A DNA stretch of 64,000 bases from Vicinamibacteria bacterium. GTDB taxonomy: Bacteria > Acidobacteriota > Vicinamibacteria > Fen-336 > JAGNNV01. The notes beneath the pieces are model-generated. The model saw nothing but the letters and a program-made list of their open reading frames with translations, was not told where the DNA came from and did not search any database. Made by a program: the position numbers and the translations under genes. Position 1 is the stretch's first letter; each line of letters starts with the position of its first letter. This document shows, piece after piece, positions 36,121 to 46,578 of the stretch. Location of the stretch: contig JANMVV010000378.1 in the NCBI GenBank assembly GCA_031392925.1, positions 4,766 through 68,765 on the forward strand, written 5' to 3'.

Positions 36121-38451
36121 ATGAGCACAGGGGCCCCCAAGCCACTGGTCCGGAAACTTGCCCTGGGGTTGCTCGGCGCCCTCGGACTCGCGACCGTGCT
36201 CGCGGGCACCGGCGTCTGGTGGCTGCAACGAGGTCGGGGAACCGCGGCATCGCCCGCCCCGTCGCCGAGTCCCGCGAAGTATGCCGAAAACGGAATCTGC
36301 CTGGGCTGCCATCAGGAAGAAGCGCAACAGTGGCGAGACTCTCACCACGCGAAAGCCATGGCCCTGCCCACGGAAGAAACGGTGCGGGGGGATTTTCGGA
36401 ACACGTCCTTCTTCGACCGGGGCGTGACCGCGCGCTTCTTCAAGCGCGGCGACAAATTCTTGGTCAACATCGAAGGGGCCGACGGTAAGCCGGCCGATTT
36501 CGAGATCAAGTACACCTTCGGCCTCGAGCCCCTGCAGCAGTACCTGATCGAAATGCCGGGAGGAAGGCTGCAACCCCTCACCATCGCGTGGGACGGCCCG
36601 AACCGGAAATGGTTCCATCTCTATCCGAATGAAAAGGCGCCGCCGGGCGATGTGCTGCACTGGACCGGCCGGTACCAGACCGCGAACACGATGTGCCTCG
36701 TCTGTCACACCACCGACTACGAGAAACGTTACGACCCGGCCACGGACACGTTCGCGTCGCGATGGGCGGAGTCGAACGTCTCATGCCAGGCGTGCCACGG
36801 TCCGGGCGATCGGCACGTCCAATGGGAGACGAGCCTGCGCGGGGCGGGCAGCAAGCCGGCATCCCCGCCCCGGGAGCCTCACGCCCTGACCGTGGACATC
36901 AGGGGCGCCGATGCGCGAAGGAGAACGGAGTTGTGCGCCCCCTGTCATCTGAGGCGCAGTGAACTCATGCCCAGGTCCGCTCCCGGTCAGCCCGTGCTGG
37001 ACAACTACCTGCCCGGCCTTCTGGTTGAAAGGCTCTATTACGCCGACGGCCAGCAACTCGAGGAGGTTTACGAAGACGGCTCGTTCCGCCAGAGCCTCAT
37101 GTTCCAGCGGGGCGTCACCTGCACGAACTGCCACAACGCCCACACCGGCAAACTCAAGCTGCCGGGGAACGGCGTCTGCCTGCAGTGCCACAAGCCCGAT
37201 CCGAATCCGAGCTTTCCAATGGCGGCCGGGAATTTCGACTCGCCGAAGCATCACTTCCACAAGGAAGGCTCGAAAGGCGCCCGGTGCGTGGCCTGCCACA
37301 TGCCGGCCAGGCCCTACATGCGGATTCAGCTCCGCCCCGACCACAGCATTCGCATTCCGCGTCCCGACCTCTCGGTGAAGCTCGGCGTGCCCGACGCGTG
37401 TACAAGCTGCCATATCGGCAAGAAAGCGCAGTGGTCCTCGGATGCCGTGATCAAGTGGTACGGACCCGTGCGCAAGCAGGGGACGCACTACGGCGAGGCG
37501 TTCGCCGCGGCTCGAGCCGGTCAACCCTCTGGAAGTGCGGCGCTCGCGCAGCTCGTCGCCAACCGGGCGATGCCGGCCATCGTGCGCGCGAGTGCTTTGG
37601 AGCAACTAAGCCGCGAGCCCGCTGCGGGAGCCGCCGAACGGATCCGCGCGGCGCAGGATTCCGATGCCGAGGTGCGCACCGCCGCGGCCAACGGCGTGGA
37701 AGGCTTGAGCGTGGCGCAGCGCATCGAGACCCTGACCCCGCTGCTCGCGGATCCGGTCCGCTCCGTGCGGACCACCGCGGCCAGGAACCTGTCATTCCTG
37801 CCCATCGACCAGTTGGGGGCGACCGCCCGGCCGGCCTTCCAGGCTGCCCTCCTGGAATACATCGGGACCCAGACCTTCGCGCTGGACATGCCGGGCGCTC
37901 ACCTCAATCTGGCCGTGGTCTACGAGAACACCGGCCGGCCCGCGCTCGCGGAGCAGCACTACCTCAAGGCCCTCAAGATCGATCCGGACTTCACACCCGC
38001 GCGCGCCAATCTCGCCCGCCTGTACAACGCCAGCTCACGCAACGCCGACGCAGTGAGCGTGCTGACCGAGGGACTCAAACGCCTGCCCCAAATCGGGGAG
38101 CTTCAGTATTCGCTGGGATTGCTGCTCGCCGAGGAAAAACGAATGAAGGAGGCCACGGAGGCTCTGGCGAAAGCGACGAAACTGCTGCCGAATCGCGCCA
38201 GCGTCTACTACAACTATGGCCTCGCGCTGGAGCAAATGGGACAGAGCGGGCCGGCCGAAAAAGCCCTCCTCGAGGCCCAGCGCCTTGACCCTGCGGATCC
38301 AACCGTGCCCTATGCCCTGGCGGTCTTCTACGCTCAGAAGGGGCAAAGGGATGAGGCCCTGCGATGGGCGGAGACCCTGCTCTCTCTTCGTCCCGCCGAC
38401 CCGCAGGTGATCGGTTTCGTGGCCAGCCTCCGCGGCCGCGGGAGCCCGTAG
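36121..38451 (+). CDS. Membrane-anchored octaheme c-type cytochrome with C-terminal TPR/HEAT-like repeat domain
   Basis: Eight CxxCH motifs (CLGCH, CLVCH, CQACH, CAPCH, CTNCH, CLQCH, CVACH, CTSCH). N-terminal TM anchor. C-terminal third is Ala/Leu-rich repeats typical of TPR (YLKALKIDPDFTPARANLARLY...). 3-bp gap after ggt. Confidence 0.75.
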   Translation: MSTGAPKPLVRKLALGLLGALGLATVLAGTGVWWLQRGRGTAASPAPSPSPAKYAENGICLGCHQEEAQQWRDSHHAKAMALPTEETVRGDFRNTSFFDRGVTARFFKRGDKFLVNIEGADGKPADFEIKYTFGLEPLQQYLIEMPGGRLQPLTIAWDGPNRKWFHLYPNEKAPPGDVLHWTGRYQTANTMCLVCHTTDYEKRYDPATDTFASRWAESNVSCQACHGPGDRHVQWETSLRGAGSKPASPPREPHALTVDIRGADARRRTELCAPCHLRRSELMPRSAPGQPVLDNYLPGLLVERLYYADGQQLEEVYEDGSFRQSLMFQRGVTCTNCHNAHTGKLKLPGNGVCLQCHKPDPNPSFPMAAGNFDSPKHHFHKEGSKGARCVACHMPARPYMRIQLRPDHSIRIPRPDLSVKLGVPDACTSCHIGKKAQWSSDAVIKWYGPVRKQGTHYGEAFAAARAGQPSGSAALAQLVANRAMPAIVRASALEQLSREPAAGAAERIRAAQDSDAEVRTAAANGVEGLSVAQRIETLTPLLADPVRSVRTTAARNLSFLPIDQLGATARPAFQAALLEYIGTQTFALDMPGAHLNLAVVYENTGRPALAEQHYLKALKIDPDFTPARANLARLYNASSRNADAVSVLTEGLKRLPQIGELQYSLGLLLAEEKRMKEATEALAKATKLLPNRASVYYNYGLALEQMGQSGPAEKALLEAQRLDPADPTVPYALAVFYAQKGQRDEALRWAETLLSLRPADPQVIGFVASLRGRGSP

Positions 38452-38466
38452 CTCAGGGGCCGAGGC

Positions 38467-40851
38467 TCAGCGCTCGATACGCACGCCGATGACGAAGGCG
38501 CGAGGCGGCTGCACCATGGTGATCCGCCGGTAGTCGGGCTGCCACACGACCTGCTCCTCCGCCTCGAACTGCGAACCAAGCGCGTTGAAGACGGACGCCG
38601 AGATCTCGAGGTCAGCGTTCGCGACCTTGAAGCGCTTCGCGAGCCGCGCATCCACCGACAAGGTGTAGTGAAGCCGTGCGCGGCCTCGCGGAATGGCCTG
38701 GACGAAGTCGGGACCCTGGGGGAGATCGTTCTGGATCACCAGCCGGGCAAAAGGCTGACCGTCGTCGTAACGGGCGATCGCGCCGAAGGTGAAGCCCAAG
38801 ACGTCGTTGGCGGTGAGATACATGCGCAGGCTGTAGGCGCGGTCGAAGAAGAGGCGTCCATAGGCGTAGGTGTCGGCGTTCGTCCGGTCGAAGCTCTCTC
38901 CCACCACGCCGAAATCGTTCTCGCCCACGCGGAGGCTGCGATTGCCGCCGCGACCTGAATCCCTGAACGCCGCTCCAAGAAGGCCCCAGTGGACGTGCTT
39001 CGTGTTCGTGTCGAAGCCAAGCTCCGCGCCCTCGCCCAGTGCGTGATGGTCGGCGGGATTGGTGAGCAGGAACTGCGACTGGGTCAATGAGCGAAGGCTC
39101 TCTTCGACGATCGGCAGGAGCTGATCGTCGGACGGACCCAGGATGTCTCCCGAGGGATCGGGGATGTTTCGAATGGACGCGATCTCCGATCCCTGGGGAT
39201 TGAGTGCTACTTCCATGAGGTCGCGGTCGCGGCGCGCGAAACCAGTGGCGTGGATGCCCACACCCCACACTCTGGTGCGGAAACCCACAATCACCTGACG
39301 CATCGTGGGCAGCGCAAGGTCGGGATCGACGCTCATGGAACCAGGGTTCCGGCTTGCCACCACGCCGCCAAGTTCCGGCGCGGTGGCCAGACGGTCGTGA
39401 TTGAGGTCGCGCCAACGGCGGGCGACCACGGTGGGCGCGTGGCGCGTGGCGGCTTCGTAGCTGACGAGAGGCACCGGGGGCGTGCCGATCGACGCCTCGG
39501 CATAGAGGTTCGTGGTCCCGCTCTTCATCCATTCGAAGCGGAGTTTTGGGAGGACTTTGGTGGAACCAAGGATCCGATCGCCGTCGCGGTCGCCCACGGT
39601 GACGCGCTGAACCTCGACCGTGCCGGCGACTCGCGTCCGCGCCGAAGTTTCAGCCCGAAACGCGATAGCGAGGCCGGCCCGGTTCTCGGCCAGGCGCGAA
39701 GCGGTCCCGCCCAAAAACGTCCATTCCCGAGCGGACGTCCCGTTGAGACTCTCGAGGCCCACGAAGCTCGGTTGCGAGAGGGAACGCGCGCTGGTCGCCC
39801 GGCTGACACGAGCAAGGAGGCTCAGGCTCAAAGAGGAGCTTACGTCCCAGAGCGGTCGGCCGGCTTCGATCTCGACTTTCCCGGCGGTCGAATCGTACGG
39901 GGCTTGCTCGGCGGGCGTGCCGTCGACCAGGCGTTCGAAAGGAAGCGATGAGCCAAAGGTCGGATCCTCGGTAGTCCCGCGGCGATAGGAAACACGGGCG
40001 AACGCGGGGGTCGCGAGGTCGGGGTGGAGCGGGGCCGGAGGCGTTCGCGACCAGGCGCCACCGACCATCAGACCGGTGGCCCGGGTCTCCGCCGCGGTGA
40101 AATCAAACGGCGCGCGCCGCCCCTGATACATCGCGAGCGCCTGAAGCCGATCGTCGCCGCTCAGGTGGTTCAAGCGTCCTTCGAAACCAAGCCGCTGGGT
40201 CGCGCGTTCGAGATCGGACTCGCGTTCCGACCGCGACACGTCCGCGCCGGAAAGAGCGCCGCTCCAGCTCGTGCCGCCGGCCGACGACGAACCGGACGCG
40301 GCGAGAACGCCGTCGAAAAGGCTGTGCCCGCGTGCGAGGGATGGAATCGAATCGGCGGTCGTCCCCCTGGAATCGAACAGGCCCAGATTCCCCTGCGCCA
40401 TGAAGCGCACGTGCTCCGACGCGGCCGCGGCCGGGTGGTCGTGAACGAGGGCCGTTCCTCGCGAGTCGGTGCGCACCTCCACTTCTCCGAGCTCCATAGC
40501 ACCCCACACGAGCGCCCGGCCGCCGAGAATCGGATCGGTCACATCGAACCCGTCGATCTCCACGCGCGACTGGGTCCACGAGCCGCCGCGAAAAGAGAAG
40601 CGCGAGGGCTCGGCGGGAAAGAGTCCGGCGCCTTCCTCACGCTCGAGCACGAGGCCGGAGTTGAGTTGCACCACGCGTGCGGTCAATGAACCGGCGGTGG
40701 GCAGGGCCTTCGCCACCTCGGGCTGGAGGCGCGCAGCCGGGGTTGGAGAAGCCTCGGGTGTCGGGACCCTGTCTTGCGCAAACACGCCGGTGCCCGCAAT
40801 GACGCTCGCCAGGGACGCAATCAGGAGCCGCCGGGCTCTCATCTCAATCAT
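38467..40851 (-). CDS. TonB-dependent receptor-like outer-membrane protein
   Basis: Signal peptide. Plug-like segment (RGGSWTQSRVEIDGFDVTDP). About 790 aa of beta-strand-rich sequence. C-terminus lacks the classic terminal Phe. Confidence 0.6.
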   Translation of the reverse strand: MIEMRARRLLIASLASVIAGTGVFAQDRVPTPEASPTPAARLQPEVAKALPTAGSLTARVVQLNSGLVLEREEGAGLFPAEPSRFSFRGGSWTQSRVEIDGFDVTDPILGGRALVWGAMELGEVEVRTDSRGTALVHDHPAAAASEHVRFMAQGNLGLFDSRGTTADSIPSLARGHSLFDGVLAASGSSSAGGTSWSGALSGADVSRSERESDLERATQRLGFEGRLNHLSGDDRLQALAMYQGRRAPFDFTAAETRATGLMVGGAWSRTPPAPLHPDLATPAFARVSYRRGTTEDPTFGSSLPFERLVDGTPAEQAPYDSTAGKVEIEAGRPLWDVSSSLSLSLLARVSRATSARSLSQPSFVGLESLNGTSAREWTFLGGTASRLAENRAGLAIAFRAETSARTRVAGTVEVQRVTVGDRDGDRILGSTKVLPKLRFEWMKSGTTNLYAEASIGTPPVPLVSYEAATRHAPTVVARRWRDLNHDRLATAPELGGVVASRNPGSMSVDPDLALPTMRQVIVGFRTRVWGVGIHATGFARRDRDLMEVALNPQGSEIASIRNIPDPSGDILGPSDDQLLPIVEESLRSLTQSQFLLTNPADHHALGEGAELGFDTNTKHVHWGLLGAAFRDSGRGGNRSLRVGENDFGVVGESFDRTNADTYAYGRLFFDRAYSLRMYLTANDVLGFTFGAIARYDDGQPFARLVIQNDLPQGPDFVQAIPRGRARLHYTLSVDARLAKRFKVANADLEISASVFNALGSQFEAEEQVVWQPDYRRITMVQPPRAFVIGVRIER

Positions 40852-41950
40852 TCTTCAAACCCTCCGGGAGGTTCGATCGATTCACGACCCAGGCCATCTG
40901 CCGCGGGTCGGCGCCACCCAGACGATCGATGACGGATTGGACGGCCCGACCCGCCATGCCGACATTCGGATCGGCGGACAGGCGCGTCTCCCAGGTCCCC
41001 GAACCGAGGTGGTTGAAGAGTCGGAGTTTCAGGAAGAGTCGCTCGTCGCGCAGCGGCGAGTCCATGGGCAGAGGCTCTTTGGCGAAGACATCGAGCGCCG
41101 CCCCGGCGATCGCGCCATCGAGTAGAACGCGGGCCAGGGCGTCTTCGTCCACTACCGGACCGCGCGTGGTGTTGATCAGATACGCAGTCCGTTTCATCTG
41201 GCGCAGCCGCGCCTCGTTCATGAAATGGACGGTGGCGTCGGGGCCGGTCTTGATCAGGGGCACGTGAAGGGCGATGAAATCCGCGGTCGCCAGAGCGTTT
41301 TCGAGGGTCACGTACTCAATGGTGCGCCGCGTTCCGAACCCCAGCTCGGCGCGCAGATCCATAACGCGCTGCACATCGGCGCGGAACTTCTCGTCCCGGG
41401 TGCGCGAATAGCACAGCACATCCATGTCGAAGCCCGCGCACTTGTGGACGAAGGCTTTACCGATGCGGCCCGTGCCGATAACCGCCACCGTCTTCCCGGC
41501 CACGTTGTCGCCGAGCCAGGGGTGATGCGGGTGCCAGACGCCCCAGCGTCCGCTGCGCACCAGGTCCTCGGAAGGGTAGAGCTTGCGGGCCACGTCGCCC
41601 ATCATGAAGAAGGCGAACTCGGCGGTGGCGTCGGAGAGGACGTCCGGCGTGTTCGCCACGGGAATCCCGTGACGCGTGGCCGCGGGAACATCGATGTTGT
41701 CGTACCCGACCGCCACCTGGGCCACGATCTTCAAACCCGCGAAAGCACCCTTCGCGAGGAGCGCATCGTCGATCCGGTCGCGGATGGTGGTGACGAGCCC
41801 GGCGATTCCGCTCACCACCTTCGCGGTGAGCTCTTCATGGGTCGGAGGCTCGACCCTTGGGTGAACGTCCACCTCGTAGCCGGCCCCCGACAGGCGAAGA
41901 ATCGCCTCACGACCAATGTCGGCGGTGACGTAAACGCGGGGAGCTTTCAT
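40844..41950 (-). CDS. D-isomer-specific 2-hydroxyacid dehydrogenase (glyoxylate/hydroxypyruvate reductase-like)
   Basis: NAD-binding GxGxxG (VIGTGRIGKAF). Catalytic region (LINTTRGPVVDEDAL...ALDVF). Start MKAPRVYV at 41950 overlapping the lysR stop (ATGA). The track ORF 5' extension is a shadow. Confidence 0.8.
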   Translation of the reverse strand: MKAPRVYVTADIGREAILRLSGAGYEVDVHPRVEPPTHEELTAKVVSGIAGLVTTIRDRIDDALLAKGAFAGLKIVAQVAVGYDNIDVPAATRHGIPVANTPDVLSDATAEFAFFMMGDVARKLYPSEDLVRSGRWGVWHPHHPWLGDNVAGKTVAVIGTGRIGKAFVHKCAGFDMDVLCYSRTRDEKFRADVQRVMDLRAELGFGTRRTIEYVTLENALATADFIALHVPLIKTGPDATVHFMNEARLRQMKRTAYLINTTRGPVVDEDALARVLLDGAIAGAALDVFAKEPLPMDSPLRDERLFLKLRLFNHLGSGTWETRLSADPNVGMAGRAVQSVIDRLGGADPRQMAWVVNRSNLPEGLKND

Positions 41951-42885
41951 TGGTGGCGCAGGATCATAAGGGTCGGGTGACCAGGAGCTTTGCGGAAGAG
42001 CGCGATGGCGCTCTCCGAGATCGCGACCGCGGCCGGGTGCCTCAGCCGCCGCTCGACGGTGATGGCATAGGCGCGCGCGGTCAGTCCCTCGAGCCGGCCC
42101 ACCAGCTCCGCGCCATACTGGGCCTTGATATCCCGGGCGAGAGCAAGGGGGGCGGGAAAGAGACCAAGGCCCTTCTGACCGAAGACCTTCATGAGGGCAC
42201 TGTCCTCGAACTCTCCGACGATGGTGGGCGTGACCTCGTGGCGCTCGAACCACCGGTCGATCGAACGCCGCAGGGGCGCGGCCTCGGTGGGCATGAGCAG
42301 GGGCACACCGAGGAGCGATTTCGGGAAATGCCGCTTGAGGGCGCGAAACGACGACACCCCGAAGAAGCCGACACCGCTCTCCCCGAGAAGATGCGAATAG
42401 GCCTTGACCTTGGCCGAGGCGGGCGCCGGCGCGTCGGAGAGCACGAGGTCGAGCTGGTGCGTGGCCAGGTCCGCGAGCAGGCGATCGGGCTTGCCCTCGA
42501 CGCACACCACCCGTACCGCGGGCTTGAGGCGCAGGGCGGGCTCGACCAGCCGGTAGACGATCAGTTTCGGAACCGCGTCCACGATGCCGATGGACAGGGC
42601 GCGCGGTCGCGGCGCCGACCGTCCGGTCACCACCTCCACGAGTTCCTTGCCGATGCCGAAGATCTGTTCCGCGTATTGAAAGGTCAGCCGTCCCACGTCG
42701 GTGAGAACGATCGACCGGCCCGAGCGCGTGTACAGCCTGGCGCCCAGGCTGCGCTCGAGTTCGCGCAACTGGGCGCTGATCGCAGGCTGCGAGACGTGGA
42801 GCCTCTCACTCGCCCGGGTGATGCCGCCATCGCGCACCACCGCCCAGAAATAGCGGAGGTGGTGGTAGTTCAAGACATCGGACAT
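41947..42885 (-). CDS. LysR-family transcriptional regulator
   Basis: N-terminal wHTH ([35 protein letters not shown]). LTTR effector-binding domain length. Confidence 0.85.
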   Translation of the reverse strand: MSDVLNYHHLRYFWAVVRDGGITRASERLHVSQPAISAQLRELERSLGARLYTRSGRSIVLTDVGRLTFQYAEQIFGIGKELVEVVTGRSAPRPRALSIGIVDAVPKLIVYRLVEPALRLKPAVRVVCVEGKPDRLLADLATHQLDLVLSDAPAPASAKVKAYSHLLGESGVGFFGVSSFRALKRHFPKSLLGVPLLMPTEAAPLRRSIDRWFERHEVTPTIVGEFEDSALMKVFGQKGLGLFPAPLALARDIKAQYGAELVGRLEGLTARAYAITVERRLRHPAAVAISESAIALFRKAPGHPTLMILRHQ

Positions 42886-42890
42886 CGGCG

Positions 42891-42910
42891 TTGATTTTGT
42901 CCTACTTCAA
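42891..42910. promoter_or_regulatory. Candidate LysR-type binding box (TTGA-N12-TCAA dyad) in the 34-bp divergent spacer between lysR and the phosphotransacylase gene
   Basis: ttgattttgtcctacttcaa contains inverted half-sites ttga/tcaa in an AT-rich patch. Location is classic for LTTR autoregulation and target activation. Confidence 0.3.
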
Positions 42911-42919
42911 GGCGTTGCT

Positions 42920-43936
42920 GTGGTAAACCTCGCGCCCATGAGCACGCTCCAGAGAATTCGAGATGAGGCTTCGAGGAATCCGAAGAGAATCGCCCTGCCG
43001 GAGGCCGACGAGCCGCGCATGCTGCAGGCGGCCGCCATCGCGACGAAGGCGGGCCTCGCGCGCATTTCCCTGGTGAGCGCGGACTCGACGAAGGTGCGAT
43101 CCGCGGCCTCGGGCCAGGGCGTCGATCTCGGTGGAATCGATCTCGTCGAGGTGCCCGGGTCCGGCAGGGAGCACGAGACCGTGAAGCGCTTCTATCTCGA
43201 ACGGACGCGCGCAAAGGGTCTGTCGGAGTCCGAGGCGGCCGACCACGTGCGCGGTGCGATGCTCTTCTCCGCCATCGGGGTGTCCCTCGGGACCTTCGAC
43301 GGTTTCGTGGCCGGGGCGCGGGCCACCACCGCGGAAACCCTGCGCGCGGCCCTGCGCGGCATCGGCGCCGCGCAGGGCATCTCCAAGATTTCGTCGTTCT
43401 TCCTGATGGAGACGGGAAACCCGGACCTCGGCGCGTCCGGCGGACTGATCTTCGCGGACTGCGGCGTCAACCCCGACCCGACCCCGGGCGAGCTCGCCGA
43501 GATCGCGTGGCTCGCCAGTCTCAATGCGAAGAAGTTCCTCGGGGCCGAGCCCCGCGTGGCCCTGCTGTCGTTCTCCACCAAGGGCAGCGCCGATCATCCG
43601 CGGGTACGGAAAGTCCGGGCCGCTCTCGAGATAGCCCGCGAGCGATATCCGAGCCTCGAGATCGACGGCGAACTGCAGTTCGACGCCGCCCTCGTTCCGA
43701 GTGTGGCCGCCTCCAAGGCGCCGGGGTCCCAGGTGGCCGGACGCGCGAATGTCCTGATCTTCCCCGACCTCGACTCGGGAAACATCGGCTACAAGATCGC
43801 GGAACGCATCGGCGGCGCTCGCGCGGTCGGCCCGATCCTTCAGGGTCTCGCGAAACCCGCCAACGACCTCTCCCGCGGTTGCTCCGTCGAAGACATCGTC
43901 GACGCGATCGCGATCACGGGACTACAGGCCGACTAA
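42920..43936 (+). CDS. Phosphate acetyl/butyryltransferase (PTA_PTB family)
   Basis: [18 protein letters not shown]-terminal and ...[25 protein letters not shown]-terminal patterns are typical of the PTA/PTB phosphotransacylase fold. Confidence 0.75.
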   Translation: MVNLAPMSTLQRIRDEASRNPKRIALPEADEPRMLQAAAIATKAGLARISLVSADSTKVRSAASGQGVDLGGIDLVEVPGSGREHETVKRFYLERTRAKGLSESEAADHVRGAMLFSAIGVSLGTFDGFVAGARATTAETLRAALRGIGAAQGISKISSFFLMETGNPDLGASGGLIFADCGVNPDPTPGELAEIAWLASLNAKKFLGAEPRVALLSFSTKGSADHPRVRKVRAALEIARERYPSLEIDGELQFDAALVPSVAASKAPGSQVAGRANVLIFPDLDSGNIGYKIAERIGGARAVGPILQGLAKPANDLSRGCSVEDIVDAIAITGLQAD

Positions 43937-45330
43937 GGAATGATTTCGAACTCGGTTTCCTTGACGTAGTCCTTCTTCGTGGCGTTGTCGCGGAGACGAA
44001 GCTGGGCGATGTACTTGCCGGGGGCGTAGCCGCCGAGCGGCACCGGACCCGCCGAGGGAGTCGCGGGCTCGACGTCGTAGGTCTGATCCGGGGCCTTCGC
44101 GAGCGTCTTGCCTTCCTTGATGATCTGGAAGCCGCCCACCACCGAGATCTTCCCCGTTTCGTCCTTCTGAGCACCGTAGATCGCGGCCAGCAGCGTCACG
44201 GACTCGCTCTTCTTGAAAACGTTGCCGTAACGGGGCACGAACCTGGTGGCGCCGAAAGTGAAGTCGAAGAGAGGATCGTCCTTCGCGGGCGTCGCCCCTT
44301 CCTGAATATCGGCCAGAACCATGACCGGCGACACCGTAAGCTCGACGCCATAGTCCTGGGTCTTGAACGTCATCTCGGCCACCGCCCCCTTGCTCGACTT
44401 GGAATCGATCGCTCCGATCTTCATGGTGTGCTCGCCCGGGCGCAGCGGCATGCCGAACCCGGAAACGAACTTGTTGTCGACGACTTCGGCGGTGACTTCG
44501 CGGTCCATCGACTTGAGCACCCGGCCTTCCTTATCGGAGGAATGAACCGAAACCACCACTTTCGCCATCTTCTTCCCGCCCACGTCCGACACGGTCAGGC
44601 CAGAGGCGTCGCCCTGGATGAGTCCGGCGACGAACACCGAGGCGCCGTCCTGGGAGCGGATCTCCATTACCGGCTTCGCGATGAGTTCGAAGTCTTTGCG
44701 CGGCTCCTTGAGCAGCGCCTGGACCGGTGTGGGCTTCGGCAGCAGATCGGCGAGCTTGACCAGAGAGCCCTTGGAATCGAACTTGTACGACAGGTTGGTC
44801 TGGACGACTTTGAACTCGGCAAGGCGATTCAACTGCTCGGCGAATCGGTTGCCCTGGGGAAGCATGCAGGTGCCGTCGATTGGGATGTCGATCGAGCCGC
44901 CCTTGAACGTCATGGTGGGCCGGTCCTTGTACGTCCAGGTCTCGGGGGACCGGAAGGACACCTCGGCCGTCTGTTCCCTCTTCACCGCGTCGGGGGCGCC
45001 CAGGAGGATGTAGAGGCGTCCGCAGTCGGTCTGCGAACCGATCCGGCCCGCGACCTTGAACTTCGCGTCGACCTCGGCCACCTGCTTCAGGTATTCGGCC
45101 TGAAACTCGTTCTCGGGCGTGTCCAGATTCGGATCGCGCCTGGCCCAGAAGATCTTCTGGAACTCGGCGGCATCGGCGTTGTTCTTGAGACCCTTGTAGG
45201 ACTTCTCTTCCTCGGGAAGGATAAGGGGCCGCACTTCGTCGACCCATTTCTTCGCGTTCTTGTCGAGATCCGCGAGGGCATTGGAGGCGAGAAGAGCGAG
45301 GAGGGCCGGGGCCAAACCAAGACGTTTCAT
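43933..45330 (-). CDS. Secreted protein of unknown function, possible GWxTD-domain relative
   Basis: Signal peptide [35 protein letters not shown]...[17 protein letters not shown] resembles the GWxTD-domain core. Unverified. Start at 45330. Upstream track extension is a shadow. Confidence 0.35.
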   Translation of the reverse strand: MKRLGLAPALLALLASNALADLDKNAKKWVDEVRPLILPEEEKSYKGLKNNADAAEFQKIFWARRDPNLDTPENEFQAEYLKQVAEVDAKFKVAGRIGSQTDCGRLYILLGAPDAVKREQTAEVSFRSPETWTYKDRPTMTFKGGSIDIPIDGTCMLPQGNRFAEQLNRLAEFKVVQTNLSYKFDSKGSLVKLADLLPKPTPVQALLKEPRKDFELIAKPVMEIRSQDGASVFVAGLIQGDASGLTVSDVGGKKMAKVVVSVHSSDKEGRVLKSMDREVTAEVVDNKFVSGFGMPLRPGEHTMKIGAIDSKSSKGAVAEMTFKTQDYGVELTVSPVMVLADIQEGATPAKDDPLFDFTFGATRFVPRYGNVFKKSESVTLLAAIYGAQKDETGKISVVGGFQIIKEGKTLAKAPDQTYDVEPATPSAGPVPLGGYAPGKYIAQLRLRDNATKKDYVKETEFEIIP

Positions 45331-45500
45331 GGAGCAGTTCCTTTTGAACAAGGCGGACAGAAATGGCGCGGTTTTCGGGACGCCGAAGGAGCGAACCGGA
45401 ACCCCGCCCCGGGGACTCGTCGCTTCGGGAACGGGAGTGTACCGCCGCCCCGGTAAAACCTGGGACCGGGGGCTCGTGATAGCTTCGGGGTTTACCACCC

Positions 45501-46535
45501 ATGTCTTTCCGAAAACCATCGAGAATCCTGGCCCTCGGGTGTCTCCTGCCCTTCCTGGGCGCGGACGCGTTCGCGGCGCCGAAGGCTGCGAAGAGGGCGC
45601 CGGCACGGTGGATTCCCGTCTCGATCCTGACTCCCCCCGAGGCGTCCGTCTTCGATCTGAGAGTCGGAGAAGCGGCGCGATCCGCCATCCACAATCGGTC
45701 GAACGTCGCCGTGGTCGCCATGGATCCCTGGACCGGACGCGTCCTTACTATCGGCAATCCGCAGTCCGGACTTCTCACCGCCTATCAGCCCTGCTCGGTC
45801 TTCAAGCTCGTGGTGGCGGTGGCCGGACTTACCGAAGGCGTCATCACGCCGGAGTCCCGGTTCAATTGCACGGACGGCTGCTGGATCAGCCCGGGCCACG
45901 GTCCCATCGACCTGCGGCGGGCGCTCGCGGTTTCCTGCAACACCTACTTCGAGTGGGTGGGTGAACGGCTCGGGTTCGAGACCGTGCGCGCTTATGCGCA
46001 GAAGCTGGGCCTTGGTTCCCTGACCGGCATCAATGTGCCGGGCGAGACCGCGGGCGTCATTCCTTCCTCCATCCCAAGTCTCGGCGTCGGCCATATGTCG
46101 TCGCACGCTCAAGGCGTCAAGACCTCGGCCATGCAGCTCGCGGTCCTTATGTCCGCCCTGGTGAACGGTGGCGTGATCAACGAGCCGCAGTTCGTCGGAC
46201 CGCAGGCGGTCAGGGCGAAGGAGCGGTCGCACCTGTCGGCGCCTCCCACCCTGGCACTCCTCGCTCCCGGACTCTTCTCCTCTGTGACCGAGGGCAGCGC
46301 TCAACGCGCTTTCGACCCCGGCTTCGTGGCTTCCGGGAAGACCGGGTCGTGCGCGGGTGTCGGGTGGTTCGCGTCCTCCCTCGGCTACCCGCGTTCGGAG
46401 ATGGTGGTCGTGGCCTTCGTACGCGGAGGAAACGGTGCCGCCGCTTCCGCGGTGGCCGGAGAGTTCTATCGGTCGCTCCTGGGCGTGCCGGCGCCGACGA
46501 ACTCGAGCCTCGCGACCGCAGCGGGCTCGCAGTAA
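45501..46535 (+). CDS. Penicillin-binding-protein transpeptidase domain / class D beta-lactamase-like protein
   Basis: Signal peptide. SxxK (CSVFK). SxN (SCN). KTG (SGKTGS) active-site triad motifs in the correct order and spacing. Confidence 0.65.
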   Translation: MSFRKPSRILALGCLLPFLGADAFAAPKAAKRAPARWIPVSILTPPEASVFDLRVGEAARSAIHNRSNVAVVAMDPWTGRVLTIGNPQSGLLTAYQPCSVFKLVVAVAGLTEGVITPESRFNCTDGCWISPGHGPIDLRRALAVSCNTYFEWVGERLGFETVRAYAQKLGLGSLTGINVPGETAGVIPSSIPSLGVGHMSSHAQGVKTSAMQLAVLMSALVNGGVINEPQFVGPQAVRAKERSHLSAPPTLALLAPGLFSSVTEGSAQRAFDPGFVASGKTGSCAGVGWFASSLGYPRSEMVVVAFVRGGNGAAASAVAGEFYRSLLGVPAPTNSSLATAAGSQ

Positions 46536-46543
46536 AGCAAGAA

Positions 46544-46572
46544 GGCGCCGGCCCCGGAGGGCCGGGCCTTGG
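46544..46572. terminator. Candidate bidirectional terminator hairpin (ggccccgg-aggg-ccgggcc, imperfect) between convergent genes
   Basis: GC-rich imperfect inverted repeat followed by ttgggg. Lies in the 43-bp gap between two convergent stops. Weak U-tract. Confidence 0.25.
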
Positions 46573-46578
46573 GGAGCT

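Noticed and set aside
34984-36708. 574-aa minus-strand ORF opposite ggt and the multiheme cytochrome
   Set aside because: Shadow ORF. Plus-strand genes carry the GGT nucleophile motif and eight CxxCH motifs.
43507-45778. Plus-strand 649-aa and minus-strand 415-aa ORFs overlapping the secreted-protein gene 43933..45330
   Set aside because: Arg/Gly/Pro-rich low-complexity translations. The chosen frame has a signal peptide and balanced composition.
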